A DNA stretch of 64,000 nt from an uncultured Acidobacteriota bacterium (GCA_963720545.1 OY970399.1:2624001-2688000); one strand, 5' to 3'. Shown: positions 47,899-61,351, counted from the first letter of the stretch. Program-made: numbers and translations. The notes: a model not told the origin generated them from the letters alone.

Positions 47899-50313
47899 AT
47901 GGCACTGACTGATCTTCGTCACGCGCTGCGCGGATTCCGGAAGACGCCAGCGTTCACACTCGTGGCCGTGGTCTCGCTCGCACTGGCGATCGGCGCCAAC
48001 GCCTTCGTGCTGGCCGTGCTCAACACGGTGGTGCTGCGCCCGTTCGAGGTCAGCGACCCACATAGCCTCTATCAGATTCGATACGGCGCGGCGATGAGTG
48101 GCAGCAACGTGACCACCTCTTATCCCGCATTCCAGGATTTAAGGCGGCGCAACACCAGCTTCAGCGACCTGATCGGGGTCTGGGCGTACTCGGAGGCGAC
48201 CCTCGGCGAGCGTGAGTCAGGGCCCAACGTGCACGGCGTCGCGGTGTCGGCCAACTACTTCGACATGCTCGGAGTACGGCCTCAGGTGGGGAGGCTCCTC
48301 CGCGCCGACGACGAGCAGGGCGTGAACTCGGCGCCGTACGTCGTCTTGGGTGACACACTGTGGCGCGGCACGTTTCATGGCGACCCCGATGTCATCGGCA
48401 CGACGGTGAGGCTGAACGAGCAGCCCTTCACCGTGATCGGCGTTGCCGAGCCGTCGTTTCACGGGACGGAGCGTTTCTCGTGGCCGGACTACTGGATACC
48501 CATCGTCAACAACCTCGGCGGCGCGGAATACCTTCAGAACCGGGAGCGGCGTGCGGTCCTGCTGATCGGTCGGCTCAAGACGGGAGTCACGGCGCAGCGG
48601 GCAACGGCCGATCTGAACGCCATAAGCAGCCAGTTGGCGCGGGAGTATCCGAAAACGGACAAGGCCGTCTCGATACGGCTGATCCGCCCGGGGCTGATGG
48701 GCGATGACGGTGAGGGCATTCGCCGCTTCCTCTACGGAGTGAACGTACTGACGCTCCTGCTGCTGGCGGGGGTCTGCGTCAACCTCGCCAGCGCCTTTGC
48801 CGCGCGGGCGGCTGATCGCAGCCGGGAGCTGGCGGTGCGCGTCGCATTGGGATCGAGCCAGCTGCGACTGGTCCGGCAACTGCTCACCGAGGCGCTGGTG
48901 ATCACGCTCATCGGCGGTGTTGCGGGGTTGGCGAGCGCGCGCCTGTTGGTGGCAGTGCTGAACCGGTGGCCGACAGCCTTGGGCTACGGCCACCAGCGCC
49001 TGGACCTCGACCTCGATCCGCTCGTGTACCTTGCGGGGTTGCTGCTGATCGTGGGCAGCGCGCTGCTGATCGGGGTGGTGCCAGCGCGGCAGGCGTGGGC
49101 GGGCAATTCGCAGCAGATGATCAAGAACGGTGTGGCCGACTCGTCGCGCCGGCGGTTGTCCGTCCGCGACTTGCTGCTCGTCACCCAGATCGCCATCTGC
49201 ACGCTCCTGGTGACGGCTTCGTTCGTGGCCGTGCGCGGAATGCAGCGGGCCCTCGATGGCTCCTCGGCCGGTATCAAACCACAAGGGGTGATGCTGGCCA
49301 CCATCGACCTCGGCCAGCTCAAGGGGCAGCTGGCGCTCGAGAAGCAGAAGGAGATGATCGAAGCCGTCCGCGGCGTCCCCGGTGCAACGGCAGTGGGAGC
49401 GGCGAGCGAGACGCCGATGAGCGGCGCGCGGCGTTTGTACCCGGTCTACCGGCCCGAAACGACGGAGTTCACCCCGGAGAACGGCGCGCTGAGCACCCAT
49501 GTGTTTCCGATGTCGCCGGAATACCTGAAGGCCGCAGGTACACGCCTTCTCGAGGGGCGGGACGTTTCCTGGCTAGATACGACGAATACTCCGCCGGTAG
49601 CGGTGGTGAACGAAACGTTCGCGCGCACCCTGTGGGGCGGTCGTCCGGCGATCGGTCAGCACTTCGTCCTTCAGGAACGCCTCACAGAAGTCGTCGGCGT
49701 GGTCGAGGATGGCAAGTACCACAACCTGGTCGAGTCGCCGGCGGCCGCGGCCTTCGTGCCCCTTGCGCAGAACATGGGCGCTGCCGTCCTGGTCGTGAGG
49801 GCGTCGCTGCCGCCGTCGCAGATCGGCGCGTCACTGCTCCACGCGCTCCGCAGCGTTCAGCCGAACGCGCCGATCAAGCTGCAGACGTGGCCCGAGGCGC
49901 TAGCACGCGTTCTGTACCCGGCCCGGGCCGCTGCGTTCGCACTCGGCGTCATGGGTCTCTTCGCCGTGATGCTCGCGCTGACCGGGATCTTCGGCACGGC
50001 AGCGCACAACGTGAGCCGCCGCATCAAGGACCTCGGCATCCGCATGGCGCTGGGCGCGCGCGGCGCGCAAGTGGTGTCCGCCGCGGTGGGGCGGCCTACG
50101 GCTCTGCTTGCGGTGGGATCGGCCTTCGGCCTTCTGGCAGCACTAGCCGCGGGCCGGCTACTGGGCCGCATCGTCTACCAGGCGCAGCCGGGCGATCCAA
50201 CGGTGTTGGCAGGCGCGGTGCTGGCGATGGCATTGATCGGAGTCGCCGGCTCTGCCATTCCGGCCCTGCGAGCACTCGCCTTCGATCCCTCGCGACTCAT
50301 GCGGGACGAGTGA
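47899..50313 (+). CDS. ADOP-type duplicated ABC permease (MacB/FtsX-like)
   Basis: DLRHALRGFRKTPAF, LAIGAN, RELAVRVALG, a second repeat GIRMALGA and the ending DPSRLMRDE. Confidence 0.9.
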   Translation: MALTDLRHALRGFRKTPAFTLVAVVSLALAIGANAFVLAVLNTVVLRPFEVSDPHSLYQIRYGAAMSGSNVTTSYPAFQDLRRRNTSFSDLIGVWAYSEATLGERESGPNVHGVAVSANYFDMLGVRPQVGRLLRADDEQGVNSAPYVVLGDTLWRGTFHGDPDVIGTTVRLNEQPFTVIGVAEPSFHGTERFSWPDYWIPIVNNLGGAEYLQNRERRAVLLIGRLKTGVTAQRATADLNAISSQLAREYPKTDKAVSIRLIRPGLMGDDGEGIRRFLYGVNVLTLLLLAGVCVNLASAFAARAADRSRELAVRVALGSSQLRLVRQLLTEALVITLIGGVAGLASARLLVAVLNRWPTALGYGHQRLDLDLDPLVYLAGLLLIVGSALLIGVVPARQAWAGNSQQMIKNGVADSSRRRLSVRDLLLVTQIAICTLLVTASFVAVRGMQRALDGSSAGIKPQGVMLATIDLGQLKGQLALEKQKEMIEAVRGVPGATAVGAASETPMSGARRLYPVYRPETTEFTPENGALSTHVFPMSPEYLKAAGTRLLEGRDVSWLDTTNTPPVAVVNETFARTLWGGRPAIGQHFVLQERLTEVVGVVEDGKYHNLVESPAAAAFVPLAQNMGAAVLVVRASLPPSQIGASLLHALRSVQPNAPIKLQTWPEALARVLYPARAAAFALGVMGLFAVMLALTGIFGTAAHNVSRRIKDLGIRMALGARGAQVVSAAVGRPTALLAVGSAFGLLAALAAGRLLGRIVYQAQPGDPTVLAGAVLAMALIGVAGSAIPALRALAFDPSRLMRDE

Positions 50314-50415
50314 GGCACGCCGCCGCGCCGCCTGGTCGAGGACGATTGGACAGGGGATAGTCACCCACGTACGATCCCGCCGCAAGGCGCATTTCGATCG
50401 GGAGGGGCGACATCG

Positions 50416-51132
50416 ATGAAGATCCTATGGCCGCGCGAAACTGCCGGAGCGCTTGGTCTCGCACTGGTGCTCGTTGGCTGTTCTCCCGCCTCCGCTCCTC
50501 GTCCAGCCGAAGTGGAGGCGACTTCCAAACTCCTCCCGGAACCTGTGGTGAATCACACGGCCGCGGACGCACAACAGGGGCAGAGGATCGAGCATGGCGA
50601 GCTGATCGTTGACGTGGGCGAAGCGACGCGACAGCTGAATGCGCAGCATCATCCGCACAAGGTTCTCGAGACTCGAAGAGTGCCCGGGCCGTTCCAACCG
50701 CCGGCCATGAAAGAGGTGAAGGATTTCGCCCTGCCGAAGAGCGCTCTGGACGTGATCAACCCCGGCCCTGGCGAATACGTACACGTCATGGAGGGTCAGC
50801 GGCACGGCTACCAGAATCTGACCATCGGTATCACCTACACCGCACCGGGCGGCGCGCCGCCGATGCACACCCACAAGGGCGAGGAAGCCCACGTGCTCCT
50901 AAAGGACCAGAAGGTTCTCTACGCACTCGGCGACAAGCTGTTCGTGCAGGAGGGCCCCTACATAGTCAACATTCCCGCCGGAGTGCCGCACTCCTTCCAG
51001 AACCTGGATGACCAGGTTGCGGAACTCGTCGTCATATTTCCGAGCAACGTCTGGGAGTACGACGTTCTCGACTACTTCCCGTTCTCCACGCCTGCAGCCA
51101 AGGCGATGGCGGCAGAAGCGAGACGGCGGTAG
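50416..51132 (+). CDS. Cupin domain lipoprotein
   Basis: Lipobox LVGC, PMHTHKGEE and IPAGVPHSFQN. Confidence 0.8.
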   Translation: MKILWPRETAGALGLALVLVGCSPASAPRPAEVEATSKLLPEPVVNHTAADAQQGQRIEHGELIVDVGEATRQLNAQHHPHKVLETRRVPGPFQPPAMKEVKDFALPKSALDVINPGPGEYVHVMEGQRHGYQNLTIGITYTAPGGAPPMHTHKGEEAHVLLKDQKVLYALGDKLFVQEGPYIVNIPAGVPHSFQNLDDQVAELVVIFPSNVWEYDVLDYFPFSTPAAKAMAAEARRR

Positions 51133-51135
51133 CGG

Positions 51136-53065
51136 TCAGTCCCGCGTGCTGCCGGCCGCGGCCGCGTGGCAGCCGGAGTCGGGGCCGACCACCGGCAGCA
51201 TCAGGCGCGAGGCGCGCGTGCTGGTGCGGTAGATGCGCTGGGTGGCGGGCTGATAGTCGGACGGCTTCGCGTGGTAGATGTCGACGAATTTCTGGGGGTT
51301 GCGGTCGAACATGGGGAACCAGGTGCTTTGCACCTGGACCATCAGGCGGTGGCCCTTCTTGAAGGTGTGGAAGCGGTCGGGCAGGGAGAAGTTGAACTGC
51401 GTCGCCTTGTCGGGGACGAGGGGGACCGGTTTCTCGAAGCTCTGGTGGAAGCGGCCGCGCATGATGTCGCCGGTCAGGAGCATCTGGTAGCCGCCCATGC
51501 GGACGCGGAGCGGGTTGTCCGGGTCGGCGTCCTTCGTGTCCTCTGGCAACACGTCGATGAGCTTCACCACCCAGTCGGAGTCGGTGCCGGTCGTGGACGC
51601 GAACAATTCCACTGGTACCGGGCCGGCGATTGTCAGGTCTCTGTTAGCGGTGCTGATTCGTAGACGAGGACGTCCGGGCGGGTGGCGGCGAAGCGTTGGT
51701 CCTCGACGATGAAGCGTCTTGTTTCGCCGGTGGCGATTTCCTGGGTGTAGGGCACTGGCTTTGATGGGTCGCTGCGGTACTCGTCGAAGCTGGTCGCTTT
51801 GACTGAGGCTGGTGTTTTGTCCCACTCCAGCTTGCCGTCGCCGCTGAGGTAGAGCGCTCGCGCGCTGGCTTTAGGTGGCCACTGGGTGCAGCGCTGCCAG
51901 TTGTTGGCGCCGGTTTCGAAGGCGAGCACCTTGGGGAGGTTTGCCGGCGGGCCGTCGCGCATCAGCTCCTCGAAGAACGGCACCTCCACCTCGTTGCGGA
52001 AGGTTTCGCCGGTCTTCGCGCCGAAGTTGATGGCGCCCAGGCTGTCGCCGGGTTGCGATGCCCAGCCGCCGTGGACCCATGGGCCGAGCACCAGGTAGTT
52101 GCGGTTGCCGGGGCTGTTCTTCTCTAATCCGGCGAAGGCGAGGAGGGCGCCGTTGAAGTCTTCGGCGTCGAACCAGCCGCCGACCACCAGCATCGGGTGC
52201 TTGATGTCCTTGAGGTGCGGCGAGACGTAGCGCGACTTCCAGTACTCGTCATACGTCCCATGGCGCATCAGGTCGTCCCAGGTCGGGGAGGTGTCGCCGA
52301 AATACTTGCGGGCGTTGGCGGCGGCGCCCATCTCCATGAAGAAGCGGAAGCTGTCGGGCGTCTTGTAGTCGAACTCCGGGTCGGGCTCGGCGGTCGGCTT
52401 GGGGCGGACGCGGCCGCTCTGCGACATCCAGTCGAAGGCGTAAGCGAGCTGGAAGGCGCCGTTCGAGTGCAGGTCGTCGCCGAAGAACTGGTCTTGCGGC
52501 GGCGCTTGCGGCGACGACAGGCGAATGGCGGGGTGCGCGTTTATGGCGCCCATCGATGCTTCCCATCCCGTCCACGAGACGCCGCGTTCGGCTACTTTGC
52601 CGTTGTGGTTTGGTACGTTCTTGAGCAGCCAGGTCACGGTGTCGTACATGTCGGTGCTGGAGTTCGGGGTCTTGTCGCCTGGCATGAACGGCACCTGGTA
52701 GATGAACTCGCCTTCCGACATGCCGCGGCCGCGCACGTCCTGGTACACGAAGATGTAGCCGCGCTTGCTGAACTCGACGTAGGGGCCGCCCCAGCGGCGG
52801 AACTTGCCGGGGCCGTAGGGCGGCTGGCCGTACGCGGTGCGGTTGACGAGGAATGGGGTAGGTCTTGCCGGGCGCCGCATCCTTCGGCGTATAGATGATG
52901 GTGAAGAGCTTGACGCCGTCGCGCATCGGCACCAGCTCTTCGCGCTTGTCGTAGTGGTCGGCAAACACGTAGTTGTCGGGCTGCTGGGCGGCGGCTTGCC
53001 GCGGACTCTGCCCACGGCAGGAGGCACAGCAGGGCGGCGAGGCACAGGGGTCGGTCGAGGCGCAT
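51136..53065 (-). CDS. CocE/NonD (S15) family hydrolase (frameshifts near 53010, 52855 and 51640)
   Basis: PMRDGVKL, QDVRGRGMSEG, GVSWTG, GWFDAED, GPWVHG and QSTWFP. Confidence 0.88.
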
Positions 53066-53097
53066 CTGAAGCTCCCTCCGCAGGGCGCCATTTTGCC

Positions 53098-53158
53098 TTG
53101 ACAGAGCGCGCGGCGCGGCTCATCATAACGCAAGACTACGTCTCATAATCGTGAGACG
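53098..53158 (+). promoter_or_regulatory. Putative promoter and palindromic operator upstream of the TonB receptor
   Basis: TTGACA at 53098-53103, 17 nt spacer, CATCAT. CGTCTCA-N6-TGAGACG at 53139-53158, then a GGAGG RBS. Confidence 0.55.
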
Positions 53159-53176
53159 AATTCACGGAGGCTCCTG

Positions 53177-56043
53177 ATGCGAGCGATGCTGCGGCTGCCG
53201 TTTTCGTTGTTCGTGGCGCTCGCGCTGGTCGCGGCGCCGGCATTTGCCCAGGTGTTCACCGGCCGCATCGACGCCGAGGTCCGCGACGCCAGCGGTGCCG
53301 CGATGCCCGGCGTGAACGTCGAACTGTCGCGGGCCGCTCAACGGCACCGCCTCCACCGACGCGCTTGGCCAGGCGCACTTCCTGAACCTGCCGGTCGGCA
53401 CCTACAAGGTGTCGGCGGCGCTCAGCGGCTTCGCCACCTACACCGCGTCCTCGGTCTCGGTGAGCGCCGGCAGCGCGGTGCCGCTTGCGCATCGCCATGA
53501 AGGTTTCCGCGCGCAGCGAGGAGGTCGAGGTCACGGCCGAGGCGCCGCTCATCGACAACAAGAAGCAGAGCACCGGCGTCAGCATCAGCAAGGAAGAGCT
53601 GGCCGAGATCCCCACCTCGCGCGACCCGCTTTCGATCGTGCAGAACGTGCCGTCGGTGGTCACCGACCGCATCAACGTCGGCGGCTCCGAGTCGGGCGGC
53701 CGCGCCAACTACTTCGCCAAGGGCGCGTCGAACCAGGACAACACCGTCAACCTCGACGGCGTCTCGCTGCAGGACGGCGGCTACGAGTACGCGCTCGGCC
53801 GCGTCGACTTCGACTCGTTCCAGGAAGTGCAGGTCACGACCGGCGGCGCCACCACCACCAACCCGAGCCCCGGCGTGCAGGTCAACTACGTCCTGAAGCA
53901 GGGCGAGAACGTGCCGCACGGCTCGGCGCGCATCTATTTCGACAACGACAGCCTGCAGAGCAACAACGTCACGCCCGAGTACGCCGCGGTCATTGGCCAC
54001 GACAAGGGCAACCGCATCGACCGCTACATGGACTACGGCTTCGAGATGGGCGGGCCCATCGTCAAGGACAAGGCCTGGTTCTGGGGCAGCGCCTCGAAGA
54101 TGGACCTGAAGCAGAAGGACCTGGCCGGCAACCCGGCGCGCACCACCATCAAGAGCTACGCGTTCAAGTCGGCGTGGCAGGCGACGCCGGCCATCCGCCC
54201 CTCGTTCACGTTCTTCCGCAGCTCCGGCGGACCGCGCGCGCTGGGCCTGTCGCCGGCGCGTCCGCCGGAAACGGCCCTCATCATCGACGCGCCGATCTCG
54301 CTCTACAAGGTGCAGAGCGACTTCGTGCTGGCGAAGAACCTGTTCCTCACGGCGCGGCTGTCGAAGTTCAACGCCAGCCAGAACTACACGCCCGCCGGCG
54401 GCATCGACAAGAACGTGGTGCTCGACTCGAGCGGCGTGTGGTCGGGTTCCTTCTTCTACGGCACCTCGGAGCGCCCGCAGACCGCGGCGGTCGTCGACGG
54501 CAGTTGGTTCAAGGGCAAGCACGAGTTCAAGTTCGGCTTCTCGTATCGCAGCACGCCCATCACCTCGTCCTCCAAGATCGCGAGCGACGGCCAGAAGATC
54601 TGGACCTTCCGCCTCGGCAGCTTCGCGCAGGACGGCGCCATGCTCGGCCAGGTGAAGCGCGACTGGAAGAGCGACACCACCGGCCACTTCGGCAGCGCCT
54701 GGGTGGGCGACACGCTGGTGTTCAACCGCGCCACCGTCAACCTCGCGCTGCGCTTCGACCGCAGCACCGGCTCCATCAACGAGGTCACCGTCCCGGCCGT
54801 GCCCAACGAGTCGCTGCTGCCCAGCGTCACCGCGCCCGGCATCGACGCCGCCCTCAAGTACAACACGCTGTCGCCGCGCATCGGCGTGTCCTACGCGCTC
54901 GACGAAAACCGCAAGACGCTGGTGCGCGCCAGCTACGGCATGCTCTCGAGCCTGCTCAAGACCCGCGACGTCCGCGCGCTCTCGGGCATCACCTACTCGG
55001 GCGTCTACTACTTCGCGATCGACGCCAACCACGACGGCATGGCGCAGCGCTCCGAGTTCCAGGGCGGGCCCATCGGCTTCTACGGCTTCGACCCGTCGAA
55101 CCCGGCCTCCGCGGCGAAGAGCGTCAACCGCATCGACCCCAACCTGAAGACGCCGCGCACCCACGAGATCGTGCTGGGCATCGACCGCGAGCTGATGTCG
55201 AGGTGGCGGTCAACGCCTCCTTCACCTACCGGCGCTTCACCAACGTCACCTGGAAGCCGCTCATCGGCGTGCGCTCCGGCGACTACGTGCGCGGCGCCGA
55301 CATCACCGGCACCTTGTTCGGCGAGTCCTACAGCGTGCCCTACTACGGGCTGCCCGCCGACAAGCTGCCGGTTGGCAACGGCCACGAGCTCGTGAACCGC
55401 GAGGGCTATCACCAGCGCTACATGGGCTTCGAGGTGTCGGCCACCAAGCGCCTCGCAAATCACTGGATGGCGCGCGTCGGCTTCTCGACCAACTCGCACA
55501 ACGAGTACTTCGACGACCCGTGCAACAGCCATCGACGACCCGACGCCGTCGCCGGAGTCGCCCGGCATCGACGGCGGCCCGGTGGTGTTCTCGATCCTCA
55601 AGGGCTCGGTGGGCAGCGGCACCTCGTACATCGTCCAGCCGAAGTACCAGTTCATCGCCAACGGGCTCTACCAGGCGCCGTGGGGCATCAACCTCTCGGC
55701 GAACCTGCTGGTCCGCCAGGGCTACGCGATCCCGTACTACATCCACACCGTGGACCGGGTGCAGGGCAACTTCCCGCCGCAGAAGAACGTGCTCGTCGCC
55801 TCGAGCGTCGACCAGTTCCGCCTCGGCGCGCTGTCGATCCTCGACGCGCGCATCTCGAAGAGCGTGAAGCTCGGCCACGGCGTGCAGGCGGCGCTCGACC
55901 TCGACGCCTTCAACCTGCTCAACAAGTCGACGGTGCTGGCGCGCCAGCCCGACCAGAGCCTGGTGGGCGCCACCGGCTTCAACAGCATCCAGGAGATCGT
56001 CAGCCCGCGCATCGTGCGCCTCGGGCTGCGCCTCAATTTCTAG
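53177..56043 (+). CDS. TonB-dependent receptor with N-terminal carboxypeptidase-regulatory domain (several frameshifts)
   Basis: Signal peptide, VRDASGAAMPG, EEVEVTAEAP, GGPIVKDKAWF, SPRIGVSY and the ending PRIVRLGLRLNF. Confidence 0.88.
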
Positions 56044-56074
56044 ACCGACGCCGTCTGGCCGCAGACTTGGCGGT

Positions 56075-58255
56075 GTGAAAGGTATCGTCGGCGTCGCGTT
56101 TGCGGCGGTTCTCTGCGTCGCTTTCGCGGGGTGCCGTCGCGACGGGGCAGGCGGGGTCGCCATCAAGGGCCCCATCGTCCTCGTGTCGATCGACACGCTG
56201 CGCGCCGATCATCTTGCGGCGTACGGCTACCGCAAGTGGCCAGACGCCGGCGATCGACGCGTTCGCGCGCGACGCCGTGGTCTTCGAGCGGGCGTATTCG
56301 CATTCGCCGCAGACGCTGCCGGCGCATGCCTCCATCCTTTCCGGCCGGCTGCCGTTCGAGCACGGCGTGCGCGACAACGTCGGCTTCACCGTGAAGCCTG
56401 GGCGAGGAGCTGCTGCCGGCGCTCCTCAAGCGCAGTGGCTGGGCTTCCGCCGGTTTCGTGTCGGCGTACGTGCTGCGCAAGGAAACCGGCATCGGCCAGG
56501 GCTTCGACGTCTTCGACAGCAACCTGCCCGCGGCCTCGGGCGAGTCTTCCTTCGGCCAGATCCAGCGCAAGGGCGAGGACACGCTCGCCGCCGCGCGCGC
56601 CTGGCTGTCTGGCAGCGCGCGACCCGCGGTTCTTCCTGTTCTTCCACGTCTACGAGCCGCACAAGCCCTACGAACCGCCGGCCCGATTCGCTGCGCTTGC
56701 GCCTTATGACGGCGAGATCGCCGCGGCCGATGAGTCGTTCGGCGGGCTGCTGCAGAGCCTGCGCGACCTCGGCCTCTACGACCGGGCGCTGATCGTGCTG
56801 CTCGCCGACCACGGCGAGGGGCTCGGCGACCACGGCGAGCAGGAACACGGCCTCTTCCTCTACAACGAGACGATCCGCGTGCCGCTCCTCGTCAAGCTGC
56901 CGCAGGCGCGGGGTGGCGGACGGCGAGTCACTGCCACGGTGCAGCACATCGACCTGGTGCCGACGCTCCTCGACATGGCTGGCGTTGCGCCGCCTTCAGG
57001 GTCGGCCTTGCAGGGTCGCTCGCTGCGGCCGCTCCTCGAAGGGACGCAGACGGCGCTTCGCGAGCCCGTGGTCTATTCCGAGGCGTTTTACTCCCGCTTC
57101 CACTTCGGCTGGAGCGAGCTGTACGCGCTCACCGACTCGCGCTACCGCTACATCCGCGCGCCGAAGGACGAGCTGTACGACCTCGAGTCCGACTTCGCCG
57201 AGCGCAACAACCTCTCGGCGGCCCAGCCGCAGACCCGCACCGCCATGCGCGCGGCGCTCGCGGCAAGTCTCGCTGGTTCGAAAGCCGAAGGGCCGGGCCA
57301 GGTCTCCGCCGAGGATCGCGAGCGGCTGGCGGCGCTCGGTTACGTCGGCGGCACCGCAGCCTCGATGGATGCCGATGCCGATACGCTCGCCGACCCGAAG
57401 GACAAGGTGCGCATCCTGGAGGCGTATCGCGAGGCGTCGGCGCTGGCGGGCCAGCGCCGCTTCGCCGAGGCGCTGCCGCTCTACCGCAAGATCCTGGCCG
57501 ACGATCCGGGGATGTCGGACGTATGGCTACAACTGGCGCAGGTCAGCCAGCGAGCCGGCGACGATGCGGGCGCCGCCGGCGCCTTTAAGCGCGCGCTGGC
57601 GCTGACGCCGAACGATTCCGGGGCGGTACTGGCGCTTGGCAACCTGCTGCTGCGGCTGCGCCGGCTCGACGACGCTGAGGCTCATGCGCGCCTCGCCCTG
57701 AAGCCCGCTCCGGCCGCAGCCCACGAACTGCTGGCGCGGATCGCCCTCGTGCGCGGCGACGGCGCCGGCGCCGAACGCGAAGCGGCGCTCGCGCACGCCG
57801 CCGACCCCACGCTGCCGCTGCCGCTCTACGTCAAGGGGCTGCGCCTCCATCACGCCGGCCGCTTCGCCGAGGCGCTGCCGGCGTTCCAGGAGGCAATCGC
57901 GCTGCTCGCGGGCCGCACCATCCAGTTGAACGGGCTGCACTACTACACCGGCGACACTCTCGCGCAGCTGAACCGCTACGCCGAGGCCGAAGCCGAGTTC
58001 GACAAGGAGCTGGCGCTCTTCCCGGACAACCTCAACGCGCGGGCCTCGCTCGCCATGCTGAACGTCGCAACCGGCCGCGAGGAGCGCGTGCGCAAGTCGA
58101 TCGACGACATCCTGCGCAGCGCCCCCACGCCCGAAGGCTACGCACTCGCCGAGGAGCTTTGGACCATGTTCAAGGCGCCCGACGAGGCGCGGGCCGTGGC
58201 TCTGGCCGCGAACCGCCGCTTCGGGCCTGGCTGGCGCAAGCGAGCGCCACATTAG
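56075..58255 (+). CDS. Sulfatase-like (alkaline phosphatase superfamily) lipoprotein with TPR tail (frameshifted)
   Basis: FAGC lipobox, [31 protein letters not shown] and LAALGY, then TPR repeats. Confidence 0.85.
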   Translation: MKGIVGVAFAAVLCVAFAGCRRDGAGGVAIKGPIVLVSIDTLRADHLAAYGYRKWPDAGDRRVRARRRGLRAGVFAFAADAAGACLHPFRPAAVRARRARQRRLHREAWARSCCRRSSSAVAGLPPVSCRRTCCARKPASARASTSSTATCPRPRASLPSARSSARARTRSPPRAPGCLAARDPRFFLFFHVYEPHKPYEPPARFAALAPYDGEIAAADESFGGLLQSLRDLGLYDRALIVLLADHGEGLGDHGEQEHGLFLYNETIRVPLLVKLPQARGGGRRVTATVQHIDLVPTLLDMAGVAPPSGSALQGRSLRPLLEGTQTALREPVVYSEAFYSRFHFGWSELYALTDSRYRYIRAPKDELYDLESDFAERNNLSAAQPQTRTAMRAALAASLAGSKAEGPGQVSAEDRERLAALGYVGGTAASMDADADTLADPKDKVRILEAYREASALAGQRRFAEALPLYRKILADDPGMSDVWLQLAQVSQRAGDDAGAAGAFKRALALTPNDSGAVLALGNLLLRLRRLDDAEAHARLALKPAPAAAHELLARIALVRGDGAGAEREAALAHAADPTLPLPLYVKGLRLHHAGRFAEALPAFQEAIALLAGRTIQLNGLHYYTGDTLAQLNRYAEAEAEFDKELALFPDNLNARASLAMLNVATGREERVRKSIDDILRSAPTPEGYALAEELWTMFKAPDEARAVALAANRRFGPGWRKRAPH

Positions 58256-58275
58256 TTTCTGCTAGCGTCCCTTTC

Positions 58276-60228
<1,953 letters not shown>

Positions 60229-60246
60229 CCCATAGCTCGAAGGTCC

Positions 60247-60369
60247 GCGAGTGGTCCTGCGCGCGGGCTTCGGGCTCAGTGGAAGATCTGTCGCCCTCAC
60301 TCGTCGGCCCGCGACATAGAACGCCCTTCTGAGTTCGCGGCCTCCACGCCCGCGCTCCGAACCACTCGC
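60247..60369. repeat. Nested long hairpin downstream of acs
   Basis: Nested arms GCGAGTGGT/ACCACTCGC, GCGCGGGC/GCCCGCGC, GGGCTCAG/CTGAGTTC and TGTCGC/GCGACA. Confidence 0.65.
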
Positions 60370-60528
60370 CGTCCTCTACGTCTCGCCGAAGTCTGAGAGC
60401 TCCTTGCGCTTGCCCGAAGAATTTTCAGCCTGTCTAGCAGTCAAAGTACTGCTCGACACCCCAAAAACCCCTCCATCGCCGCGACGCTGAACGCCATTGA
60501 CTGGAGTTCGCGGCCTAACGGACATAGT

Positions 60529-60634
60529 CAACTGCGTCCGGACGCAGTTGCGTTACCAATCGGAACACTGGCTCCGACGAGATCCCTCGGTCGCAGCGCA
60601 AGCGATGGGCTCCTTGGGAAAACGGGAGGGTTAC
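60529..60634. repeat. Left arm: 22-bp palindrome plus ~56-bp inverted repeat
   Basis: CAACTGCGTCCGGACGCAGTTG (60529-60550) and GAGATCCCTCGGTCGCAGCGC...GGGAAAACGG...GGTTAC (60579-60634). Confidence 0.85.
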
Positions 60635-61092
60635 TTACACGCGGGGCATGATGGGCAGCCGTGGTCGAAGATGATGCGCCACTTGCCGTCCTTCTCCTTG
60701 CGCCAGACCGAGTTGTAGGTGCCAGTGCGCGTGCCGTCCGTGTCGTAGACCGGGCCGGTCGAGAAGCCGATGTCGCCGGAGGTTCCTACGGCGACGTCCT
60801 TCGGTCCCCATGAGAACTGCGCCTTCGGACCCTCGAAGAGCGACTTCCATTCCGCCGCCACGGCGTCGCGGCCGCGCACGGCGCCCTTGCCGCCCCAGAA
60901 GACGGCTTCCTCCGAAAGCAGGGCAGTGAACGCGACGTGGTCGCGGTCGGCCATCGTCTTCGCGAACGCCGTTTCGGCGGCGCGTACTTCTTCGGCAAGC
61001 GCTTCGTTTGATGGCGCGTCTGCCGCGTGCGCTATCACAGTGCTGCTGGCAACGAGAGCTAATGCGAATCCAATCAAGGACTTGAACGTCAT
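60631..61092 (-). CDS. Secreted DUF4440/NTF2-like (YybH-like) protein
   Basis: Signal peptide, EVRAAETAFAK, RGRDAV and YNSVWRKEKDGKWRIIFDHG. Confidence 0.85.
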   Translation of the reverse strand: MTFKSLIGFALALVASSTVIAHAADAPSNEALAEEVRAAETAFAKTMADRDHVAFTALLSEEAVFWGGKGAVRGRDAVAAEWKSLFEGPKAQFSWGPKDVAVGTSGDIGFSTGPVYDTDGTRTGTYNSVWRKEKDGKWRIIFDHGCPSCPACK

Positions 61093-61120
61093 GATGCCTC
61101 CGTTTTCGAAGGAGCCAAGC

Positions 61121-61278
61121 GTAACCGCATTCCGTTTTCCCGAGGAGTGGATCGCTGGCGCTGCGACCGAGGGATCTCTTCTGACCAATACTCAGGCCAT
61201 GAGTACGACGTCCTCATCGGGTGAGTATGGGCTCGCAACTCGACCGTGCTGGGGGTTACTGCGTCCGGACGCAGTAAC
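61121..61278. repeat. Right arm: ~58-bp inverted repeat plus 24-bp palindrome
   Basis: 61121-61178 is the reverse complement of 60579-60634, with the outer 21 nt identical. GTTACTGCGTCCGGACGCAGTAAC at 61255-61278. Confidence 0.85.
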
Positions 61279-61351
61279 ACCTCCGGAGGAAGTAACAGCA
61301 GATCGGTAGACGGCAACAACGGACGACGACGCAAGCGCCCGGGGAAACCGA

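Noticed and set aside
60513..60557. Integron attC site (GCCTAAC...palindrome...GTTACCA)
   Set aside because: The right end does not match GTTRRRY or pair with GCCTAAC, the core is a perfect palindrome without extrahelical bases, and there is no integrase.
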